64,000 nucleotides of DNA. Source: Pseudomonadota bacterium (GTDB lineage: Bacteria > Bdellovibrionota_B > Oligoflexia > Oligoflexales > RGVZ01). The stretch is taken from assembly GCA_041178085.1 (NCBI GenBank), contig JBEGVZ010000104.1, positions 1 to 64,000 on the forward strand. The letters are read 5' to 3'. A program made the position numbers and the translations under genes. The notes beneath the pieces are model-generated. The model was not told where the DNA came from, did no database searches, and saw only the letters and a list, made by a program, of their open reading frames with translations. Positions 17,326-24,465 of this stretch are shown in pieces (the stretch's first letter is position 1; every line of letters starts with the position of its first letter).

Positions 17326-18090
17326 CTACTTCTTGTCTCCGTCACTTTGGGGAATTCCGCCGACCTTGACGGTCTGACACTCCATCATCGCCGGCAAATT
17401 GCCACCTGGTTCGCGCAGGGGTGGAATCAACAGGGCAAGATTTTGTCGCGAAGTTGATCCCACCGCACAGAACCTGATCTTTCCAGTGTTTGCTGGCAGA
17501 GCCAGCTTCCAGATTTCCCCGGTCGGGTCGCGGTCGGGAACGAGCAACGCACCCTCCTGCCCCGGCAACAGATAACCTGCCGAAATCACCTGGTGGGACT
17601 CACTCTCCCGCTGGAATGTGACCAGCGCATATTTGCCTTCGGCCCCGCGCACCATGAGGGCCACAAGAGTCCCCGGACGGACTTCAGCCTCTGTATCAAT
17701 TGCCAGAAAACGGTTACCAACTTTCACTTCCATGACCTCAAGGGATACTGGAAGGATGTCTCCCGCGCCCTTGAACCCGCCACCAGGAAGAACTGTGTCC
17801 GAATCCGTCATGACACCTGAACCACCTGGTAAATAAACATACAGTGCAATTGCAGCCGCAAGAGGCAGCACAACGGCAAGGGGCCACCAACTACGGCGAC
17901 CGGCGCTGATTTGCGATTCAATCCGCTGCCAAACACGGCGACGGGTCAAGTCGTCCACTGCCGGGGAACCCGCTGCGCGGAATCCAGCCTCCGCTGCACG
18001 TATGAAGGCCTCATCATCGAGCAGCCGACCTTGGTCCTTCAACTCATCTGGAGGTGTCTTATTTTCGTCGTTTTTACCCATTGGCTTCAC
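17326..18090 (-). CDS. Putative single-pass anti-sigma factor
   Basis: Short cytoplasmic N-terminus (RRRVWQRIE), TM WWPLAVVLPLAAAIALYVYL, Gly-rich linker with FKG, beta-rich extracytoplasmic domain. GTGA-coupled to the ECF sigma. Confidence 0.7.
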   Translation of the reverse strand: MKPMGKNDENKTPPDELKDQGRLLDDEAFIRAAEAGFRAAGSPAVDDLTRRRVWQRIESQISAGRRSWWPLAVVLPLAAAIALYVYLPGGSGVMTDSDTVLPGGGFKGAGDILPVSLEVMEVKVGNRFLAIDTEAEVRPGTLVALMVRGAEGKYALVTFQRESESHQVISAGYLLPGQEGALLVPDRDPTGEIWKLALPANTGKIRFCAVGSTSRQNLALLIPPLREPGGNLPAMMECQTVKVGGIPQSDGDKK

Positions 18091-18707
18091 CCATTGCCAT
18101 CTTCTCTGGTTCCACCCCGCGCAAGAATCCTTGCGCGCAGCCTTTCACGCAGGCGCGTCAAACGCGAAGTCACAGTTCCGACGCTTTCGCCGCGGCGCCT
18201 TGCAATTTCCGCCACGGGCAGCCCCTGACGGTAAAAAAGAGCCAGAGTATCTCCCCCTGGTTCACTGGCAACCTCGTCCATCAGGTGTCCAACCAGTGCG
18301 AGTTCCGCCTCCCGCTCCGCCATCTGGACAGGATCGTCACTGCCGCCAGCATTAAAGCCCGGTGCTTGACCTTCTGCCGCCATCTCAACCAGATCTGCCG
18401 GCTCAACCGGGATTTGCCGGTGGCTGCGGCGGATCGCGTCAATGCATGCATTCCGCGTTGTGACTGCAAGCCAGCCACGCAAGGACTTTGAGTCCTTGAT
18501 CGTGCCCGCGCCATTTGCCAGTTTGATGAACACTTCCTGCACAACATCCTCCCGCGACTCACGATTCGCCAGGTACTTTCCGGCGATGAAGAAAACGAAA
18601 TCCGCGTGACTTTCCCACGCACGTTTCAGCGCGGCGTGGTTGCCGCGCTGAATCTCCACCAGGTCGTCTTCTTCAAGTTTGCTGTGCATTAACCCGGAAT
18701 ATAGCAC
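18087..18707 (-). CDS. ECF RNA polymerase sigma factor
   Basis: Region 2 EDVVQEVFIK...LRGWLAVTTRNACIDAIR; region 4 GLPVAEIARRRGESVGTVTSRLTRLRERLR. Confidence 0.93.
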   Translation of the reverse strand: MLYSGLMHSKLEEDDLVEIQRGNHAALKRAWESHADFVFFIAGKYLANRESREDVVQEVFIKLANGAGTIKDSKSLRGWLAVTTRNACIDAIRRSHRQIPVEPADLVEMAAEGQAPGFNAGGSDDPVQMAEREAELALVGHLMDEVASEPGGDTLALFYRQGLPVAEIARRRGESVGTVTSRLTRLRERLRARILARGGTREDGNG

Positions 18708-18728
18708 AGCACGGACCCTGGATCATTT

Positions 18729-20024
18729 CTAAAACTTCGCCTGCAGCGCATCGTCCAGGTTGAACCATTCCATGTTGAGGACGTTCTCGGGCCGCTCAAT
18801 TTCAATCCGGGACATCGCACCAAAAATCGAGGGTTTAATGTCGAACACGTACTGCTCGGTGAGGGCGAATTTTCCTCCGAACTCCATCCTGGGCCGACCG
18901 GTCACCAGGCTGTCCTTAAGGCGAACCTGGTAAATCTGCTGCATTGAACCAGCATAGGCTGCCGCCACAAAGGTCAGTTTGTCCCCTGCCTCATTGACGA
19001 AAGACTGAGACGGCTTAGAGGAGATCGCCAACAGCTTATGGCTGGTGATCTTACCTGACGGACCGACCATGAAGAAGTGGACCAATCGGTTTGGCCCTTG
19101 TGAAACATAAGCCATGTGCGGCCAGCGCCCACGGTACTCACCAACGAAAACCAGCGAAGAATCCAGTGCAACCTGCTCGATCACAGCCATGGAATCCACG
19201 TCCACGATGGAGATCTTGTCTTTCTCCCGCACCAATACCCGTGATTTTTCCCCGCGCAGCGGCAAGGCCGACTCAAAGACCACACCTGCGGGAATGGTAA
19301 CTGGCACCAGTTCAAGTTCTCCCTTGGCAATTGCCTGGGACATCGCGACCCGGTAAATTTTTTCGGCCGAACTGCGAACTAACAAAGTGTCTGTGCCGGG
19401 GATGACTATCGCCGAGCGGATTTGCTCGCTAGAATCCGGAATGACTGATCCAGCCAAAACATGGGCCAGGACTTGTCCATCTGGACTGATCTGCAACAAC
19501 GCCAAGGAACCCAGGTCATCGCTCAGCGCCAGGATGCCGTCGGGCTGTGACGATCCCGGCACAGCGGGAAGCTCAGTGTAGGCACGCTGCCCAATCTTGC
19601 CCTGGAGACGAACGGGATTGCGATCGATTGAGCCGTCTTCCCGCACGATGAAGTATTCGTCGTCCGCAACCGCAATGACATACTTGCCACTGCTGCTGCC
19701 GATCACCCTTGCCCCATCCAGGCAACGACTGCGCGGAGAAGGCGAGTCACAAAATGGAACGGCGAACTGCCGTTCGATCTGGAATTTGGAAATCGACAGA
19801 GAATAGATCTTTCCCGTCGCATCATTTGCCAGCCACAGCCGGTCATTGTCGACGTTTGAGTTCATCGAAGAGGCAAAGTTGACGACGTCGTCCCCAAGGT
19901 CAATGGTCGATGAAGCACCATTTCTGTCGTTTGAACATGCACCCTGAACAAGGGTCGTGATGATCGAAACAATCAACACCTTTGAAGCGGCAAGCCTCGT
20001 TTTTTTATTTTTTTGAGCTTTCAT
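18729..20024 (-). CDS. Lipoprotein, beta-propeller-like hypothetical
   Basis: AGGAGG RBS before ATG 20024 (MKAQKNKK); lipobox-like VQGAC; repeated short beta strands. Confidence 0.7.
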   Translation of the reverse strand: MKAQKNKKTRLAASKVLIVSIITTLVQGACSNDRNGASSTIDLGDDVVNFASSMNSNVDNDRLWLANDATGKIYSLSISKFQIERQFAVPFCDSPSPRSRCLDGARVIGSSSGKYVIAVADDEYFIVREDGSIDRNPVRLQGKIGQRAYTELPAVPGSSQPDGILALSDDLGSLALLQISPDGQVLAHVLAGSVIPDSSEQIRSAIVIPGTDTLLVRSSAEKIYRVAMSQAIAKGELELVPVTIPAGVVFESALPLRGEKSRVLVREKDKISIVDVDSMAVIEQVALDSSLVFVGEYRGRWPHMAYVSQGPNRLVHFFMVGPSGKITSHKLLAISSKPSQSFVNEAGDKLTFVAAAYAGSMQQIYQVRLKDSLVTGRPRMEFGGKFALTEQYVFDIKPSIFGAMSRIEIERPENVLNMEWFNLDDALQAKF

Positions 20025-20082
20025 TTTTTGTCCTCCTGATAAGTCGATTTTTAATCCCCGAATCACATTTCCGGCGCAGCCT

Positions 20083-20784
20083 TCAGAAGCGCAAGGTAAG
20101 TCCCGCCGACCATTCGGACTGGAATCCTTTGTCTTCAAAATCAAGAATGTCGATCTTGACCGGCAAAATCCGCGCTGAGCCACCAAGGTCCCCGCTTAAG
20201 TGGTCACCAAGCGTGGCAACCAGGGAAAATCCGGCAAAAGGACCGACTGTGGCGGACTCTTCCTTCTTTTCAAGATACCCGTCGCTCAGAGTGAAGGTGC
20301 GCCGCGCATGAGAAGCGCCAAGACGCAACACGAATGCACTTGTTTGCGGACGCAGAACCAAGCGGGTCGTCACAGCGGCAGTTGAAACGTCGGAGTAAAA
20401 CCCCATTCGAAGGGGACCAGTGGACGGGCGTACGTTCATTGGCTGCTGCCCTGCGGAAGCGAGCATCAATCCAAGGCGTTTTCCGCTCACCTCAATGAAA
20501 AGGCCGCCCATGCTGTACTGCTCTTTCAATGGGCTATTACGGAATTTTTGGCCGTGATACTGGCCCGTGCCCAAGTAGGCACCTACCGCCGCCTCGATAT
20601 CCCCGGGCAGAAGTTTTGCAGAGCCACCCCGGTTTTCTGATACGGTCTCATTGTCTTCATCAGCGTCGCGCCTTGCACCGACAGCTGGGTTTGAAATTGA
20701 AACCAGCACTGCGGCCATCATGAGCCTGAAAATCACGACAACCACGTTTGACCGGACATCTTTTTTGAAACATGCTTCGTTCAT
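20083..20784 (-). CDS. Small outer-membrane beta-barrel-like protein
   Basis: GGGAGGA RBS before ATG 20784; signal peptide; amphipathic strands; C-terminal WSAGLTLRF with terminal Phe (BAM signal-like). Confidence 0.65.
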   Translation of the reverse strand: MNEACFKKDVRSNVVVVIFRLMMAAVLVSISNPAVGARRDADEDNETVSENRGGSAKLLPGDIEAAVGAYLGTGQYHGQKFRNSPLKEQYSMGGLFIEVSGKRLGLMLASAGQQPMNVRPSTGPLRMGFYSDVSTAAVTTRLVLRPQTSAFVLRLGASHARRTFTLSDGYLEKKEESATVGPFAGFSLVATLGDHLSGDLGGSARILPVKIDILDFEDKGFQSEWSAGLTLRF

Positions 20785-20842
20785 GGAAAGTCCTCCCACA
20801 AGAAAAGACGCAGGCAGGACCGTTTTGCTGCACTGAAATCTA

Positions 20843-20860
20843 AGATATTTGTAAATATCT
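20843..20860. promoter_or_regulatory. Palindromic operator-like site
   Basis: AGATATTT-GT-AAATATCT, perfect 8-bp arms, in an AT-rich divergent intergenic region. Confidence 0.5.
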
Positions 20861-20878
20861 GTTTTTAATGGGGTTTTT

Positions 20879-22081
20879 ATGGTGAAAGTGTTTAAAATCA
20901 GGCTGGCTGGGCTGCTGCTGGCAACCACAATCGTTTCTGCCTGCCAATCTTTCCGGCGCGGCATCATCAGCCTGATCCCTTTTGACCAGGCACAAGCAGC
21001 CTCCGGCGAAACTGGATCCTTTCTGCAACCAAAAGAGGCTCCTGCGAACCAGAAAGCTGCCCTGAGGTTACAGATGGTGGCCAAGGGCTTTAACAACATC
21101 ACCGACGTTGAATTTTTACCCGGAGAAAGCAAGCGCGCCGTGGTGCTGGAGAAAAGCGGCACCGCGTGGCTTGTTGACCTGGCTGAAAATCGCCGTGTCG
21201 AGCTGTTCAAAGTATCTGTCGCCACAACTTCGGAGCTCGGCTTGCTTGGCCTTGCTTTCCATCCCGGCTTTGAACAGAACGGCAAATTCTACGTGCACTT
21301 CAATCCGCGAAAGGACTTGTCGCGCGTCTCGGAATGGAACTGGAAAGCAACAAAAGGCGCAAAAAATCGGGAAGTTGAGGCAACGGAAGTCCGTGTGTTG
21401 CTGGAACTGGACCAACCCTATCAGAATCACAACGGCGGCAGCGTGGTCTTCGGACCCGATAAATTGCTGTACATCGGATTTGGGGACGGGGGCTGGCGAG
21501 GCGATCCCGAAAATCGGGCGCAGGATCCGACCACTTGGCTGGGCAAGATGTTGACGATCGATCCTGACAAACCCGGGGCAAAACCCGTGATTTTCGCCAG
21601 CGGACTGCGTAACCCGTGGAAGTTCAGCTTTGATGCGCGCGGTCGCCTGGTGGCCGGCGATGTTGGTCAAGACAAGTGGGAAGAGATCACTTTTGTCGAA
21701 CGCGGCGCCAATCTGGGATGGCGCATATACGAGGCATCCCACTGCTACGATCCCGGGCGCGACTGCGCAAAGAAATTACCGAACGCCCTCGGCCCCATCG
21801 CGGAGTACGATCATTCGCAGGGCGCGAGCGTCACGGGCGGGTATGAATTCGGCGGCAAGGACGTCGACGCCATCCGAGGACGGTACGTCTTCGGGGATTT
21901 TGTGTCAGGGCGGATTTGGAGCATTATCTTGCCTGACAAGACACCAGCCACCCCCGTTGGGATCAAAGATTTCCGGTTTCATGGCAAATGGGAAATCCTG
22001 ATATCGACTTTTGCGCGCGATGCCGATGGCCAGCTTTACGTCGCGGACTACAGCGGTGGTGCCATCTATCGATTGCGCTGA
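20879..22081 (+). CDS. PQQ-dependent sugar dehydrogenase (glucose/sorbosone dehydrogenase family), probable lipoprotein
   Basis: ELGLLGLAFHP, NHNGG, FGPDKLLYIGFGDGG, GLRNPW, DVGQ, SVTGG; lipobox VSAC. Confidence 0.92.
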   Translation: MVKVFKIRLAGLLLATTIVSACQSFRRGIISLIPFDQAQAASGETGSFLQPKEAPANQKAALRLQMVAKGFNNITDVEFLPGESKRAVVLEKSGTAWLVDLAENRRVELFKVSVATTSELGLLGLAFHPGFEQNGKFYVHFNPRKDLSRVSEWNWKATKGAKNREVEATEVRVLLELDQPYQNHNGGSVVFGPDKLLYIGFGDGGWRGDPENRAQDPTTWLGKMLTIDPDKPGAKPVIFASGLRNPWKFSFDARGRLVAGDVGQDKWEEITFVERGANLGWRIYEASHCYDPGRDCAKKLPNALGPIAEYDHSQGASVTGGYEFGGKDVDAIRGRYVFGDFVSGRIWSIILPDKTPATPVGIKDFRFHGKWEILISTFARDADGQLYVADYSGGAIYRLR

Positions 22082-22091
22082 AACCCGCAGA

Positions 22092-22134
22092 AACGAAAAA
22101 ACCCGGAGCCAAACGGCTCCGGGTTTCTTTCGTT
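22092..22134. terminator. Bidirectional intrinsic terminator
   Basis: AACGAAAAAACCCGGAGCC-AAAC-GGCTCCGGGTTTCTTTCGTT between the convergent dehydrogenase and tRNA genes. Confidence 0.85.
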
Positions 22135-22138
22135 AAAG

Positions 22139-22215
<77 letters not shown>

Positions 22216-22226
22216 ACGTTCGAAAA

Positions 22227-22256
22227 GGTATAAAGGTCCATCGTCCTGACTGTCAA
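22227..22256 (-). promoter_or_regulatory. Sigma70-type promoter of tRNA-Asp
   Basis: TTGACA-N18-TATACC just upstream of the tRNA. Confidence 0.55.
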
Positions 22257-22318
22257 TTGATAATTACCCGACACGGGAAAAAGCCCCCAGTCACAGGGTC
22301 CGTAGTCCAGCCCAGAAG

Positions 22319-23266
22319 TCAGGCGTCGGCTTCCAACAGTTCCCTCTTCTCTTGGAGCCTCTCTTGGAGCCTCTCTTGGAGCCTCTCTTGGAGCTTCTCC
22401 TTGAGCTTCTCCTTGAGCTTCTCCCGGTGCACCCAGACGAAGAAAACCGCAGTCATGGCAATGAGATCCATGAATTCCCCCGGCACCCACATGATCAGGC
22501 CGCCCAGGTGCTGGTCGACATGATGGCCCCAGGTCCACCACCCAGGCACAGGACGTCCCTCGTAGGCATACCAGACCCGGTCGGCAAAGGTGAGGGCAAC
22601 GGACAAGCCGACACTCGTGGCCATGATCGAGATCAAGAAAAGAATCCGCGCAGGCAAGGGCAAAGGCGCCTTCATCGGGTGCGGGTCTATGATGTTACGC
22701 CACAGCAAGATGGACGTGATCGAGAACGTCCCGTGCTGGATCAGGTGATAGTAGTCATTAAGAAGGGCCAGATTGTACCAATAAGGAACATGCCAGAAGA
22801 AGAAATTGGCTTGGAACAGGATCAAGGCCGGCAGTGGCCGACTCAGGAAATTGAACACCCACATCAGCCTCCGCTGGCGGACCAGGGGGAAATAGACATG
22901 GCGTCGGGTCCAGGGCGAAATACCCCGAATCACGATGAAAAAAGGAATCCCAAGCATCATCAGGGGCACGCCGATATTGGTAACCATCAGGTGCTGGATC
23001 ATGTGGACGAAGAACAGCTGGTCCGAAAGGGGGTCGATGGGCGGTACCAGGGACAGTATCAAGACCACTATGCCAGCGTAAAAACTGGCAATCTGCCATT
23101 TCTTGACCGGAAGCGGACCCCGAAAGGCCTTGAGGCCACGCCAATACAGCCATGCCATGATCACAAACAAGATCAGAGCCGGATCCCAAGCCCATTTGAC
23201 CACAAAAGACCCTTCGGGGAGGCGATCATAAAGGTCGTGGGCGTATGCGGTGCTGCTGAAAAACAT
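22319..23266 (-). CDS. ctaG: caa3-type cytochrome c oxidase assembly factor CtaG
   Basis: HMIQHL, FFWHVP, QH, DQHLGGLIMWVPG motifs; last gene of the oxidase operon. Confidence 0.88.
   Translation of the reverse strand: MFFSSTAYAHDLYDRLPEGSFVVKWAWDPALILFVIMAWLYWRGLKAFRGPLPVKKWQIASFYAGIVVLILSLVPPIDPLSDQLFFVHMIQHLMVTNIGVPLMMLGIPFFIVIRGISPWTRRHVYFPLVRQRRLMWVFNFLSRPLPALILFQANFFFWHVPYWYNLALLNDYYHLIQHGTFSITSILLWRNIIDPHPMKAPLPLPARILFLISIMATSVGLSVALTFADRVWYAYEGRPVPGWWTWGHHVDQHLGGLIMWVPGEFMDLIAMTAVFFVWVHREKLKEKLKEKLQERLQERLQERLQEKRELLEADA
22349..22420. repeat. Six in-frame 12-bp tandem repeats at the ctaG 3' end
   Basis: CTCTTGGAGCCT x3, CTCTTGGAGCTT, CTCCTTGAGCTT x2, encoding KLKE-KLKE-KLQE-RLQE-RLQE-RLQE. 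Confidence 0.9.
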
Positions 23267-23369
23267 TTGGGGCTCCCGGGAGGTTCAACTCCTGAGGCCC
23301 CAAACTACCCCGGACAGGATCCGGGTCAAGCTGAATCGAACCGCACAAAAACCAAGTCCTCTGACAACC

Positions 23370-23771
23370 TCAGGGGGTCGAGGGCGCCGCGTCGGGGGCG
23401 GCAGCCGGCGTTTCGCCGATTCTGAAGCAATCAGGCTTCAGGGCATCGCACTCCTTGGGGTGAACCACGAAGTGAAGCACCAGGAAAGTTGCAGATGCCA
23501 TCACCATGCCGGCCAGTAGCATGTTGGTCAGCACCTTGTTGTCGTAACGAAGGTGCATGTACCAGCCACAGACCATGGCGAATTTGATCAAGGACATGGC
23601 TATCAGCGAAATAACCAGTACCTGGTTGGAAATGCCAAGAGCATCCTTTTTCTTGAAAATCCACCACTCCATGAACGTAATCACACAAAGAATCACGGCA
23701 AAAACAATGTAAAGCTTCACTGAAGCATGTTCTTTTTCACCGTGAGAATGGCCAGCTGCATGAGAACTCAT
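23370..23771 (-). CDS. ctaF: Cytochrome c oxidase subunit IV
   Basis: Three TM segments, KFAMVCGWYMHLRYD; ATG 23771 (MSSHAAG). Confidence 0.85.
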   Translation of the reverse strand: MSSHAAGHSHGEKEHASVKLYIVFAVILCVITFMEWWIFKKKDALGISNQVLVISLIAMSLIKFAMVCGWYMHLRYDNKVLTNMLLAGMVMASATFLVLHFVVHPKECDALKPDCFRIGETPAAAPDAAPSTP

Positions 23772-23791
23772 AAGGAATTCCTTTCCTTCTG

Positions 23792-24424
23792 TCAGACGTA
23801 TACGAACAGATAAACAACGGTGAAAATGATGATCCAAACCACGTCGACAAAGTGCCAGTAAAGCCCTGCCACTTCGACCATGGTCGAATTAAACCACTTT
23901 TCACCTTTCACCAAGGACGTGACCAGGATGGCAAGCATCCAGATCACCCCGACTGTCACGTGAGCACCGTGACACCCAGTCAGCACATAAAAACTGGAGG
24001 CAAAAATGTTGGTGGAAAGGCCAAGACCATCCTTCAACACGAAAGTACTGAATTCGTGGTACTGGAAGCCAAGGAAAATCAGACCACCAATGGCTACAAT
24101 GGCAGTCCAGAACTGGAAGAGGCGCAAGCGCTTTTCATTGCAATAATGCAGGGCGAGCACCATTGCCACAGAACTCATCAACAGATCGAAAGTACTTAGG
24201 GTCGTGATATCGATCTCATAGACCTGCTGGGGTGTAGGGCCGGAAACACTGCGATTTTTGTGAATCAGGTAGTTGCCGATCAGCGTCCCGAACAAAAAGC
24301 ATTCGGACGCGATCAGGGTCCACATGGCGAATTTGCGATTGTCCACGCCCGTATTGGTCGGATGCGCATGGGCATCGTGGCCATGGGCCGCCAGTGCGGA
24401 ACCTGTGTGGTGAGAGTCGAGCAT
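23792..24424 (-). CDS. ctaE: Cytochrome c oxidase subunit III
   Basis: ASECFLFG, LTGCHGAHV, GLYWHFVDVVW. Confidence 0.95.
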   Translation of the reverse strand: MLDSHHTGSALAAHGHDAHAHPTNTGVDNRKFAMWTLIASECFLFGTLIGNYLIHKNRSVSGPTPQQVYEIDITTLSTFDLLMSSVAMVLALHYCNEKRLRLFQFWTAIVAIGGLIFLGFQYHEFSTFVLKDGLGLSTNIFASSFYVLTGCHGAHVTVGVIWMLAILVTSLVKGEKWFNSTMVEVAGLYWHFVDVVWIIIFTVVYLFVYV

Positions 24425-24465
24425 CACTATATCTTCTCCTGTGTCAGGCTTCGTGTCTTCTCAGA

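Noticed and set aside
15637..18707. Caspase plus sigma as a CRISPR type III-E (Csx29/Csx30/CASP-sigma) or anti-phage module
   Set aside because: No Cas genes, array, TPR-CHAT, NLR or gasdermin nearby, and the protease has a signal peptide.
20785..21285. N-terminal extension of the 400-aa ORF 20083..21285
   Set aside because: Antisense to the dehydrogenase gene; a strong RBS and signal peptide support the start at 20784.
22349..22420. Short repeats as a CRISPR array
   Set aside because: Contiguous 12-bp units with no spacers, in frame within ctaG; no cas genes in the window.
22352..23425. 357-aa plus-strand ORF and other long shadow ORFs (e.g. 16236..17186, 39352..40191, 54879..55691, 60298..61206)
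   Set aside because: Antisense to well-supported genes, no recognisable motifs, and expected from GC-rich codon bias.
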